Shown here piece after piece: positions 37,906 to 46,874 of a stretch of 64,000 nucleotides of DNA (position 1 is its first letter; every line of letters starts with the position of its first letter). Under the pieces are notes generated by a model that saw only the letters and a list, made by a program, of their open reading frames with translations, had not been told where the DNA came from and made no database searches. The stretch comes from Longimicrobiales bacterium (GTDB lineage: Bacteria > Gemmatimonadota > Gemmatimonadetes > Longimicrobiales > Gaopeijiaceae). The stretch spans positions 1-64,000 of the forward strand of contig CBDBCF010000001.1 of the NCBI GenBank assembly GCA_965202985.1, given 5' to 3'. A program made the position numbers and the translations under genes.

Positions 37906-38996
37906 AGGGCGCCTCCGGGGGTCGAGCGCTCGGGGCGCACCACCACTTGATCCTCGAAGCGGAGATCGACTTCGCCCGGCGGGCTGTCCGGGAAGCGCTC
38001 CAGGGCGTCGTTCATCGCCACGATCCCGTCGCGGAGGCGCTTCTCCGAGATGGGGGGGCGGTAGCGGATCCTCGGTCCGGAATCGCCCAGAAGAAGCGTG
38101 ACCAGACCGTCTTCCAACAGGACTTCGGACACGACGGCCAGCACCTCGGGCGCGACCTCGTCCAGGTGGGCGGTCTCTCGGGCCAGGAGGCTCACGCCCA
38201 GCGGGGCCGCCGCCGAGTCCGGGTTCGCGACGCGGATCACGGGCAGGTCCAGGACCGGCTGCGTGGGGTCCACCGGGAGGCGGACGCCCCTGCGGTCCAC
38301 GGCCTCGACCACCGGCGCGGCCAAGAGGGCGACGGGCTTGGCCTCGGTCACGTGGAAGACGAGGGTGGACGGAGGACGGCGCCGGACCTCGGCCGACTCG
38401 ACCAGCGGGTGCGACTCCAGGTCTTCCAGCCACTTGGCCTTGGGCTCCCACAGGCTGGCGCCGTCGTCCAGGCCGGCGGCGGTTCGGATGTCGGCCGCGG
38501 CCAGGTAGGTGGCACCGGAGACGTGAACGTCGTCCACCAGGAACAGGGGCATGCCGGACAGGATGCCCAGCACGGCCCGCACCAGCAGGGCGGCCATTCC
38601 GGCCACGCCAAGGAAGGCGGCGCCTCGCGCCAGCGCGCGACCGGGCGAGGCGCGGCGACGGGGCGGCGAACGGCGGCCGGCGCGAGAGCGACGACGGGGC
38701 GCGGGCGGCCGGGGGAGCTGGCTTGGCGGGGGCTGCGCCGGCGGCCCGGGAGGCGGGGCAAACAGCTCTGGAGGCTGGCCGGGCGGCCGGGGGAGCTGGG
38801 CAGGCAGCCCGGAGAGCCCGGAGGACTGGGCAGGCGGCCCAGGGGGCTGGACAAACGGCTCTGGGGGCTGAGCACGGGGTCCGGGGGCTTGGGCGTCCCG
38901 CCCGGAAGCTTGGGCGCCCGCGGCCGGACCGGCGTCGCCAATGGCGGACCGGGCCCAGAGCGGAGGCTGGGTTCGGCGACGGCGGCGGCCTCTCAT
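37902..38996 (-). CDS. ftsQ: Cell division protein FtsQ with a long Pro-rich repetitive N-terminus
   Basis: TM helix, POTRA (F.V..V.VSG...HPLVESAEVRRRPP) and C-terminal VDLRFEDQVVVR; lies between murC and ftsA. Confidence 0.88.
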   Translation of the reverse strand: MRGRRRRRTQPPLWARSAIGDAGPAAGAQASGRDAQAPGPRAQPPEPFVQPPGPPAQSSGLSGLPAQLPRPPGQPPELFAPPPGPPAQPPPSQLPRPPAPRRRSRAGRRSPPRRRASPGRALARGAAFLGVAGMAALLVRAVLGILSGMPLFLVDDVHVSGATYLAAADIRTAAGLDDGASLWEPKAKWLEDLESHPLVESAEVRRRPPSTLVFHVTEAKPVALLAAPVVEAVDRRGVRLPVDPTQPVLDLPVIRVANPDSAAAPLGVSLLARETAHLDEVAPEVLAVVSEVLLEDGLVTLLLGDSGPRIRYRPPISEKRLRDGIVAMNDALERFPDSPPGEVDLRFEDQVVVRPERSTPGGAL

Positions 38997-40387
38997 GGGG
39001 CGCGTTCCTGGAGCAGGGACAGGATTCGGGGGCCTGCGGCTTCAATGGAGCCGGCCCCCATCACCACGCACACATCCCCGGACGAGAGGTCGGCGGCCAC
39101 GGGCTGAGCCAGGGTGGCCAGCTCCGGGTGGTACGCGACGCGGGCGGCGTTCCCTGCCACGGCGTCCGCCACCAAGTCGCCTCCGACCCCGGGCAACGGC
39201 TCTTCGCGGGCCGGGTAGACATCCGTGACCCAAACCGCGTCCGCGGTGCCCAGGGCCTTCCCGAACTCCCGATGGAAGTCGCGCGTCCGGCTGTACAAGT
39301 GGGGCTGGAACACGGCCACGACCCTCTTGCCCGGATTGGCCCGGCGGACCGCGGCCAGCGTGGCGGTCACCTCCGTGGGGTGGTGCGCGTAGTCGTCGAT
39401 CACGGTGACGCCGGAAGCGGCGCCCAGAACCTCGTAGCGTCGTCCCACGCCCTTGAACGCGGCCAAGCCGGAGCGCGCCTGGTCCCACGTCGCGCCCAAC
39501 GACCGCCCCGCACCGATCGCCGCCAGGGCGTTTCGTACGTTGTGCAGACCCGGAACCGGCACGAAGAACTGGCCGACCGGCCTTCCGTCTGCAACCACCG
39601 AGAAGCGGCTCCCGCCTGCGTCGCGCTCCATGTCCACGGCCCGAAGCTGCGAACCGGCCGACAGCCCGAAGCTGCGGGTGCGACTGCCTCCCGAAACGCC
39701 CGCTCGGGCCGCTCCGTGGTCGTCGGCGCAGACCCAGAGCACGCCGTCGGGCGCCAGGCGAGCGACGAACGAGGAGAAGGACTCCCGAACGCCGTTCAGG
39801 TCGCCGTAGACGTCCAGGTGGTCGGCCTCGACGTTGGTCACTACGGCGACCGACGGGCTCAGGGCCAGGAACGAGCGGTCGTACTCGTCGGCCTCCACCA
39901 CGAAGAGGTCGTCGCTCCCGGGGCGGAGGTTGCCGCCCCAGCCGGACACGCGACCGCCCACAACAGCGGTGGGGTCGGCTCCGGCCCGCTCCAGGACGTG
40001 AGCGGCCATGGCGGTGGTGGTGGTCTTGCCGTGGGTGCCGGCGACAGCAACCGTTCGGCGTCCGGCCGCCCACTGGGCCAGGGCCACGGCGCGCTTGACC
40101 ACGGGCACGTTCGCGGAGCGGGCGGCCTCCAGCTCCGGATGGTCCGGCGGCACCGCCGACGTCGCGACCAGGGCGGCGGCTCCGACGACGTGGGCCGGGT
40201 CGTGGCCGTGGTGGAAGGTCATTCCCATGGCCTCCAGCCGTTCGGTCGCTGGGCTTCGGGCCAAGTCGCAACCCGAAACCGTCCCGCCGGTCCGCAGCAC
40301 CAACTCGGCAAGGGGAGCCATGCCCGCGCCGCCGACCCCCATGAAGTGAACGGGACCCTGGGCGGCCCACTCGCGCAGGCCCGTCAC
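38993..40387 (-). CDS. murC: UDP-N-acetylmuramate--L-alanine ligase
   Basis: HFMGVGGAGM, GTHGKTTTT, EADEYDRSF, DDYAHHPTE and FQPHLYSRT motifs. Confidence 0.96.
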   Translation of the reverse strand: MTGLREWAAQGPVHFMGVGGAGMAPLAELVLRTGGTVSGCDLARSPATERLEAMGMTFHHGHDPAHVVGAAALVATSAVPPDHPELEAARSANVPVVKRAVALAQWAAGRRTVAVAGTHGKTTTTAMAAHVLERAGADPTAVVGGRVSGWGGNLRPGSDDLFVVEADEYDRSFLALSPSVAVVTNVEADHLDVYGDLNGVRESFSSFVARLAPDGVLWVCADDHGAARAGVSGGSRTRSFGLSAGSQLRAVDMERDAGGSRFSVVADGRPVGQFFVPVPGLHNVRNALAAIGAGRSLGATWDQARSGLAAFKGVGRRYEVLGAASGVTVIDDYAHHPTEVTATLAAVRRANPGKRVVAVFQPHLYSRTRDFHREFGKALGTADAVWVTDVYPAREEPLPGVGGDLVADAVAGNAARVAYHPELATLAQPVAADLSSGDVCVVMGAGSIEAAGPRILSLLQERAP

Positions 40388-41634
40388 GACGCCGACGCTC
40401 CCTCGGCGCCCGGACCGTCCCGTGCACCCGAGCCTTCCGGCGCCGACCGACCGGTCGCCAATTCGGCCACGGCGGCGGCGATCTTCCGGGCGGCGCCGGG
40501 ACGCGCGCGGCGACGAGCGGCGGCGGCCATCGCCTCCATCCGAACGGGATCGTCCAGGATCCCGCGGACGGCATCCCACAAGCGCCGGCCCGTCAGCGCG
40601 CGACCGTCCGAAGCGGTCTCGGGCAGGTGGACGGCCGCGCCGGCGGCCTCCAGTCCCCGCGCGTTGTCGGCTTGGTGGTCCTCGGCGGCGGCGGGAAAGG
40701 GGACCAGGACGGCGGGCAGACCCCATGCCAGGAACTCCGAAGTGGCCATGGCGCCGGCACGCGACACGGCCACGTCCGCTGCCGCCAGCGCCTGGTACAT
40801 CTCTTCGGGCTCCAGGTACGGCGCGACCCGAACGTTCTTGGCCTCGGCTCGCGCCACTGTCCGTTCGGCTTCCTCGTGATGCTGCCGGCCCGCGACCCAG
40901 AAGACGGTCTCGCCCTTGCGGACGACGCCTTCGGACACGACCTGGGCCATCGCCCGGTTCAGCGCTCGGGCGCCTTGGCTCCCGCCCACGACCAGCACAA
41001 CGGGCGCCTTTGCGGGCAGTCTCATGGCTCGACGGGCCGTTTCCTTCCGCGACGCGGAGGCGGACGGGACGGGGCGGATCGGGTTGCCCGTGTCCCGAAC
41101 TCGTCGGCGGGCGCGCTTCGGCAGGCCGGCCGCGGCCTCCGGATAGGCCAGATGGACTTGGCGGGCCCACAGCGAGACGAGACGGGTCGTGATCCCCGGC
41201 CGCATGTTCTGCTCCTGAACCAGCACGGGAAGGCGCAGCAGCGCCCCGGCCACGCCCGCCGACGCCGAGACGTAGCCGCCGGTCAACACGACCGCCCGCG
41301 CCTTCCGCCGGCGGAACTCGGGGACCAGGCCGGCCACGGCCGCCGCGAGCAGCGCCACCGCCTTCGCGTTGCCGGTCAAGGCACCGGCGAACCGGCCCAA
41401 GCCTTGCAGCGCCCCGCCCGCCCGCCGGGCTTCGCGCACAGGACGGCGAAGGCCTCGCGTCCGCAGCAGCACGTACGGATGGCCCGTCTTGGGAAGCTCG
41501 CCGGCTTCGATTCGCCCTTCGGTGCCCACGAAGAACGGCTGGGCGCCGGGCAGCTCGCGGACCAGGGCGTCCGCGATGTTGCACGCCGGATGGAAGTGCC
41601 CCGCCGTGCCGCCGCCGGAGAAGACCACTACCAC
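40384..41634 (-). CDS. murG: Undecaprenyl-PP-MurNAc-pentapeptide GlcNAc transferase
   Basis: GGGTAGH, QEQN..PG, TGNPIR, GGSQGA and HQ..NA motifs. Confidence 0.95.
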   Translation of the reverse strand: MVVVFSGGGTAGHFHPACNIADALVRELPGAQPFFVGTEGRIEAGELPKTGHPYVLLRTRGLRRPVREARRAGGALQGLGRFAGALTGNAKAVALLAAAVAGLVPEFRRRKARAVVLTGGYVSASAGVAGALLRLPVLVQEQNMRPGITTRLVSLWARQVHLAYPEAAAGLPKRARRRVRDTGNPIRPVPSASASRKETARRAMRLPAKAPVVLVVGGSQGARALNRAMAQVVSEGVVRKGETVFWVAGRQHHEEAERTVARAEAKNVRVAPYLEPEEMYQALAAADVAVSRAGAMATSEFLAWGLPAVLVPFPAAAEDHQADNARGLEAAGAAVHLPETASDGRALTGRRLWDAVRGILDDPVRMEAMAAAARRRARPGAARKIAAAVAELATGRSAPEGSGARDGPGAEGASAS

Positions 41635-42854
41635 GCGGGCCTCCTCTCCGCCGGTCGCTCGCGCCGTCCTTCGGGCGCCTCCCGCGCCACGGCCAGCAGA
41701 ATGCCGACGGCGGCCAGCAGCACGATCATGTTGGTGCGGCCGAAGGACACGAACGGCAGCGAGAGTCCGGTTGCGGGGAACACGCCCAAGCCGACGCCGA
41801 TGTGGAAGAACGCCTGCATTCCGACCAGCGAGGTCGCGCCCACTGCCAGCAGTTCGCCGAACAGGTCCTTGGCCCGGCGCGCCACCCGGAATCCGACGAC
41901 GATGAAGACGCCGAACGCCAGCACCACCGTCAACGCGCCCAGGAACCCCCACTCCTCGCCGATCATGGCGAAGATGAAGTCGTTGTGCGCTTCGGGAAGA
42001 AACCCGAACTTCTGGCGCCCTTTGCCGAAGCCGACGCCCGTGACGCCGCCGGAGCCGATCGCCACCAGGCTCTGGTAGCTCTGGAAGGCCGATCCCAGGG
42101 GCGCCGAACCCGGGTCCAGCAACAGCGACTCCCAGCGCGAACCGCGGTAGCCGGACTTGAACAGGTGGGACGCCATCGGGACGAGCAGCAGGCCCAGGAA
42201 GGCGAAGTGGCCGATCCGCGCGCCCGCCACGAAGACGATCACCGTGCCCACGAAGGCGATCAGGCACGCCGTGGACAGGTCCGGCCCCAGCATGATCGGC
42301 ACCAGAACGCACGTCCACACGGCCAGGAAGGGGCCCAGTCCGCGGGTCAGGCTGGTCAGCATGGCCTGCTTCTTGACGGCCGCCGCCGCGGTCCACACGA
42401 CCACGGCAAGCTTGGCCAAGTCCGACGGCTGGATGGTGACGCCGATCCGCAACCACCGTCGTGCGCCGTTCACGGTGGGGGCGATGCTCTCGGTAAAGGG
42501 CAGGACCACCAGGATCAGCAGGAAGGCGGAGACCGCCATCATGGGAACGGCCGCCCGCCGCCACCACGCCACGGGAACCCGCGAGCACGCCAGCAGGACC
42601 ACCAGCCCGAATGCCACGCCGGCCCCCTGACGGGCCACGTAGTAGTAGTGGGGAAGGTCGTTCCGCTGGGCCATCACCGAGCTGGCGCTGTAGAGCGTGA
42701 GCAGGCCGAAGAGAAGCAGGAGCACCACGACGGCCAGGATCGCCGGCGACTCCCAGCCCCGCCCCAGGCCGGTCTCGGGCAGCGAGCGACGCAGGGCGGG
42801 CGCCACGTCCCGGTCCCACGCGGCCACGCCGCCGCGCACGTGGCCGACGCTCAC
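41628..42854 (-). CDS. ftsW: Peptidoglycan glycosyltransferase FtsW (SEDS family)
   Basis: NGARRW, IQPSDLAK, LPEAHNDFIF..IGEE.G and GLSLPFVSFG motifs. Confidence 0.95.
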   Translation of the reverse strand: MSVGHVRGGVAAWDRDVAPALRRSLPETGLGRGWESPAILAVVVLLLLFGLLTLYSASSVMAQRNDLPHYYYVARQGAGVAFGLVVLLACSRVPVAWWRRAAVPMMAVSAFLLILVVLPFTESIAPTVNGARRWLRIGVTIQPSDLAKLAVVVWTAAAAVKKQAMLTSLTRGLGPFLAVWTCVLVPIMLGPDLSTACLIAFVGTVIVFVAGARIGHFAFLGLLLVPMASHLFKSGYRGSRWESLLLDPGSAPLGSAFQSYQSLVAIGSGGVTGVGFGKGRQKFGFLPEAHNDFIFAMIGEEWGFLGALTVVLAFGVFIVVGFRVARRAKDLFGELLAVGATSLVGMQAFFHIGVGLGVFPATGLSLPFVSFGRTNMIVLLAAVGILLAVAREAPEGRRERPAERRPAW

Positions 42855-44290
42855 CGGACCGGCTCGCCTCCCGGCGGTCCCGAAGCACCGTCGCGCGTTG
42901 CCGCCGCCTGGGCCAGGGCGCGGAAGGCGTCGCCTCTGGCCTCGTAGTTCGGGAACATGTCGAAGCTGGCGCACGCCGGAGACAGCAGCAGCGCGTCTCC
43001 CGGTCGGGCCAGGGCGCTCGCCCGCTCCACGATCTCCGAAAAGTCGCCGAAGGCCTCGACGACGGGGAACCGTCCCCCAGCGGCGGTCCGCACGTCCGCC
43101 AACGCCCGCCCCCCGGCAGCGCCGTAGGCCACCACGGCCCGCACCTTGTCGGCCATCTCCGCCGCAAGCGACCGAAAGTCCTCTCCCTTGTCGCTCCCGC
43201 CCAGCAGGAGAACCAAGGGGCCGTCCAGGCCCCGGAGCGCCGACGCGCACGCCGCCACGTTGGTGGCCTTGGAGTCGTTGATCCAGCGGACGCCACCGAC
43301 CTCGCCCACCTGCTCCAGCCGATGGGGAAGCGGTCGGAACGAGGCCAGTGCGGGTCCCAAGGCGTCGCGGTCCGCTCCCGCCGCCCACGCGGCCAGCACG
43401 GCGGCCAGCGCGTTGGCCGCGTTGTGACGTCCTGGAAGACGCAGGGTCGCCGCCGGCGCCAGGGGCCAAGGGCCGTCGTCGTCGGTGTTCAGCGTCAGCG
43501 CGCCTGCTTGCAGGTAGGCGCCGGGCACCTGCGGCCGCTCCAGCGAGAATGACAGCCGCCGTCCGGGCGCGCCTTGGGCCAAGCGGTCCACCGCCGGGTC
43601 GTCCGCGTTGAGGACCCAGGTCGTGTCGTCCGTGCCCGCCTCCAGAAGACGCCGCTTGTCCCGGTGGTAGGCCGCCACCGACGGGTACCGGTCCAGGTGG
43701 TCGGCGCCCAGGTTCGTCACCACGCCGACGGCCGGGACGAGGTCGCGGATTCCGGCCAGCTGGAACGACGAGGCCTCCAGGACCACCACTTCGGGCGCCG
43801 GTTCCAGCAACGCCAACGCGGAGGCCGGCGGACCCAGGGCGGGGCCGGTGTTCCCGCCCAACGCCGCATCCGTCCCCGACTCCCGGAGGAGGTGGGCGGT
43901 CATGGCCGCGGTCGTGGTCTTCCCGTTGGTGCCGGTCACGACGACTAGTGGACTCGCGATGAACCCGCTGGCGAACTCAGGCTCCGATATCCAACCGACG
44001 CGCCGCTCGCGTAGGGCTCGGAACACCGGGGCGTCCGGCGGGATGCCGGGACTGGCCACCACGACGTCCGCTTTCGCGATCCGCTCGGGATCGTGGCTTC
44101 CCAGCTGGACGGCGGCCCCGAGGCGCCGCAATCCGGCTCCACGAGCTGCAACTGCTTCGTCGTTGCTCGCGTCCGTGACATGAACTTTTGCTCCTTTGTT
44201 CAGGGCCAGTCGGGCCGCGGCATCTCCGCTGGCGCCCAAGCCGACCACGGCAACTGTCCACTTGCCCCGGGGCACGTGCCCGGGTCTCAC
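42851..44290 (-). CDS. murD: UDP-N-acetylmuramoyl-L-alanine--D-glutamate ligase
   Basis: GLGASG, SPGIP, TGTNGKTTT, LEASSFQL, NDSKATN and LLSPACASFD motifs. Confidence 0.95.
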   Translation of the reverse strand: MRPGHVPRGKWTVAVVGLGASGDAAARLALNKGAKVHVTDASNDEAVAARGAGLRRLGAAVQLGSHDPERIAKADVVVASPGIPPDAPVFRALRERRVGWISEPEFASGFIASPLVVVTGTNGKTTTAAMTAHLLRESGTDAALGGNTGPALGPPASALALLEPAPEVVVLEASSFQLAGIRDLVPAVGVVTNLGADHLDRYPSVAAYHRDKRRLLEAGTDDTTWVLNADDPAVDRLAQGAPGRRLSFSLERPQVPGAYLQAGALTLNTDDDGPWPLAPAATLRLPGRHNAANALAAVLAAWAAGADRDALGPALASFRPLPHRLEQVGEVGGVRWINDSKATNVAACASALRGLDGPLVLLLGGSDKGEDFRSLAAEMADKVRAVVAYGAAGGRALADVRTAAGGRFPVVEAFGDFSEIVERASALARPGDALLLSPACASFDMFPNYEARGDAFRALAQAAATRDGASGPPGGEPVR

Positions 44291-45489
44291 CGCACCTTCA
44301 GGGTTGCAAAGCCGACCAGCGCGCACAGAATCCCCAGGATCCAGAACCGCACCACCACCTGTTCGTCCTTCCATCCCAGCATCTGGAAGTGGTGATGGAC
44401 GGGCGCGCACTTGAACACGCGGCGAGGCGTGCCGTAGCGGCGTCTCGTGTAGCGGTAGTACTGCCTTTGCAGCAGCGACGAACCCGCCTCCATGACGAAG
44501 ACGCCGCCCACCAGCGCCAGCAGGAGTTCGGCCTTCAGCAGCACGGCCATGGCGCCCAGGCAGCCGCCCAGCGCCAGCGAGCCCGTGTCGCCCATGATGA
44601 CTTGCGCCGGCTTGGCGTTGAACCACAGGAAGCCCAGCACGGTGCCGGTCACGGCGGCGGCGAAGACGGCCAGCTCGCCGGCGCCGGGCAGGTAGATCAG
44701 TCCCAGGTAGGCCGAGGTGTCCACGCGGCCGATCAGGTAGGCAAAGACGCCGAAGGTGATCGTGGCGATCGCGACCAAGCCGGGCGCCAGCCCGTCAATG
44801 CCGTCGGTCAGGTTGACCGAGTGCGTGGCGCCCGTCAGCACCACGACGACCCACGCCAAGTAGGCCCAGACCGCGAAGACCAAGTGGTGGTCGTCCACGA
44901 ACGGCAAGTTGGTTGCCGTTGCCCCGGCGGTTCCGACGGGCGCCAGCGGACAGAGCACGAGGAAGAGGCCAAGCCCCAGGCAGAGCACGACCGACCCGAT
45001 CCACTTGTATCGCTCGACAAGGCCTCGAGGCGTTCCACGCACGACCTTCAAGTAGTCGTCCAGAAACCCCAGGCCGCCCATCCAGGTCATCACGATCAGG
45101 GCAGCGAGCGTGTAGGGGTTGGCCAGCTCGGCCCACAGAAGGGTGCAGGACACGGAGACGAAGACGATGAGGAGTCCGCCCATGTTCGCCTTCGGCTGGG
45201 GGACGCCGGGCTGCGCCGGATCGCTTGCCTGCGCCGGGTCGCCCGCCTGCGGAGGATCGCTCGCCGACCCGGCGTCCGGGGCCGACGCCTGGGTCGCCAC
45301 CTTCTGCGGCCCCATGCGGGGAACGTCGTGGATGCCGCGGGCGTGGAGCGCGCGGATGAAAGGCTTGCCCAGGATCAGCGCCAGGAGCAGTCCTGTGGCC
45401 AGTGCGCCGGCGGACCGCACGGTGATGTAGTTGAAGAGGTTGAAGACGGTGCTCACGTCTTCCAAGCCGGGGAGCAGGTGGTACAGCAT
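44287..45489 (-). CDS. mraY: Phospho-N-acetylmuramoyl-pentapeptide transferase
   Basis: GFLDDYLK, NLTDGIDGL, MGDTGSL and APVHHHF motifs; repeat insertion in the first loop. Confidence 0.95.
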   Translation of the reverse strand: MLYHLLPGLEDVSTVFNLFNYITVRSAGALATGLLLALILGKPFIRALHARGIHDVPRMGPQKVATQASAPDAGSASDPPQAGDPAQASDPAQPGVPQPKANMGGLLIVFVSVSCTLLWAELANPYTLAALIVMTWMGGLGFLDDYLKVVRGTPRGLVERYKWIGSVVLCLGLGLFLVLCPLAPVGTAGATATNLPFVDDHHLVFAVWAYLAWVVVVLTGATHSVNLTDGIDGLAPGLVAIATITFGVFAYLIGRVDTSAYLGLIYLPGAGELAVFAAAVTGTVLGFLWFNAKPAQVIMGDTGSLALGGCLGAMAVLLKAELLLALVGGVFVMEAGSSLLQRQYYRYTRRRYGTPRRVFKCAPVHHHFQMLGWKDEQVVVRFWILGILCALVGFATLKVR

Positions 45490-46874
45490 TAGGCGCGGGC
45501 CTCTCCGAAACGGGACTCCAGGGCCGGGATCGCCCGCTCCAGGCCGACGCCGCGGGACGCTTTGAGCAGCACGGCGTCGCCGGGGGCCAGCAGCTCGGGC
45601 AGGCGATCGGCCAGGTCTTCCACTTTGTCCACCAGGTGCACGCGGGCCTCGGCGCCGGGGGCGTCGTCGTTCGCGAATGCGCGCGCGAAGGCGCCGGTCA
45701 GGACGAGGCGGTCGACGCCGGCGCCCAGCACCCGCCGCAGCGTCTCGCGGTGGATGGCGCGACATCGCTCGCCGAGCTCCAGCATGGTGCCCAGCACCGC
45801 CACGCGCCGGCCTCGGGCCGCCATGTCGCGCAAGGTGGAGACGGCTGCCACGACCCCCGCCGCGTTGGCGTTGTAGCAGTCCACGAGCAGGGTCAGCTCT
45901 CCCAGTCGCCGGACCTCGTTCCGCATGGGACCGGGCGCCACCGCCGACACGTCCGCCGCGGCGGCGTCGGCCGGGACGCCCAGCGTTCGCGCCGTCGCCA
46001 GCGCGAGCAGCGCGTTGTAGACGTTGTGGGCGCCGGGCATGCGGAGAGCGACCCGCTGGCCGGCCCAGGAGAACGACCACGCGCCGTTCGAACCCGCCCG
46101 CGCGTCCGCAGGTCGCAGATCGCGGTCGGCCCGACGCGACCAGCCGGCCACGACCGTGCCCGACCGAAGCCGGCGGGCCAGCCGGGCCAGCTCGGGGGGC
46201 TCGTCTCCCACCACGGCGACGGCGTCCGGTGCCAGGGATCGAATCAAGTCCAGCTTCTCGGACATGACGCCTTCCAGGTCCCGCAGCCGCTCCACGTGCG
46301 TCTCGGAGACGGTGGTGACCACGGCGACCGTGGGCCGGGCCACGCGGGCCAGCTCGGCGATCTCGCCGGGCTCGTTGGCGCCCATCTCCAGGACCAGGGC
46401 CGTCGCGCCTTCGGGCATCGACAGGATCGTCTGGGGCACGCCGATCCGGTTGTTGTGGTTCGCGGGGGTGCCGTGCACGGTCGGCAGGGAAGACAGGGCG
46501 CCCACGAGAAGGTCCTTGACCGTGGTCTTGCCCGACGAGCCGGTGATTCCGACCACGGGGACCGGGGCGTGGTCGCGCCGGTGGCGTGCTAGGTCGCCCA
46601 GCGCCGCCAGCGTGTCGGGCACGCGGTACAGGGGGACCGCCACATCCACGGGGCGCCGGGCCACGATCCCTCCGCAGCCGGCCGCGACGGCGGTTCCGAC
46701 GAAATCGTGTCCGTCGAAGCGGTCGCCCTCCAGCGCCACGAAGAGGTCTCCCTGGCTCAGGGACCTCGTGTCGGTGGAAACTGCCCGGTAGATGCGCCCG
46801 GCGTCGCCCGGACCCGGCAGGCCCAGCGCAGCGCGGACGCCGGCGTCGCTCCAGCGGAAGGCAGGGGCGCTCAC
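45489..46874 (-). CDS. murF: UDP-N-acetylmuramoyl-tripeptide--D-alanyl-D-alanine ligase
   Basis: FDGHDF, ITGSSGKTTVK, EMGAN..GEI, DCYNAN and LKASRG motifs. Confidence 0.95.
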   Translation of the reverse strand: MSAPAFRWSDAGVRAALGLPGPGDAGRIYRAVSTDTRSLSQGDLFVALEGDRFDGHDFVGTAVAAGCGGIVARRPVDVAVPLYRVPDTLAALGDLARHRRDHAPVPVVGITGSSGKTTVKDLLVGALSSLPTVHGTPANHNNRIGVPQTILSMPEGATALVLEMGANEPGEIAELARVARPTVAVVTTVSETHVERLRDLEGVMSEKLDLIRSLAPDAVAVVGDEPPELARLARRLRSGTVVAGWSRRADRDLRPADARAGSNGAWSFSWAGQRVALRMPGAHNVYNALLALATARTLGVPADAAAADVSAVAPGPMRNEVRRLGELTLLVDCYNANAAGVVAAVSTLRDMAARGRRVAVLGTMLELGERCRAIHRETLRRVLGAGVDRLVLTGAFARAFANDDAPGAEARVHLVDKVEDLADRLPELLAPGDAVLLKASRGVGLERAIPALESRFGEARA

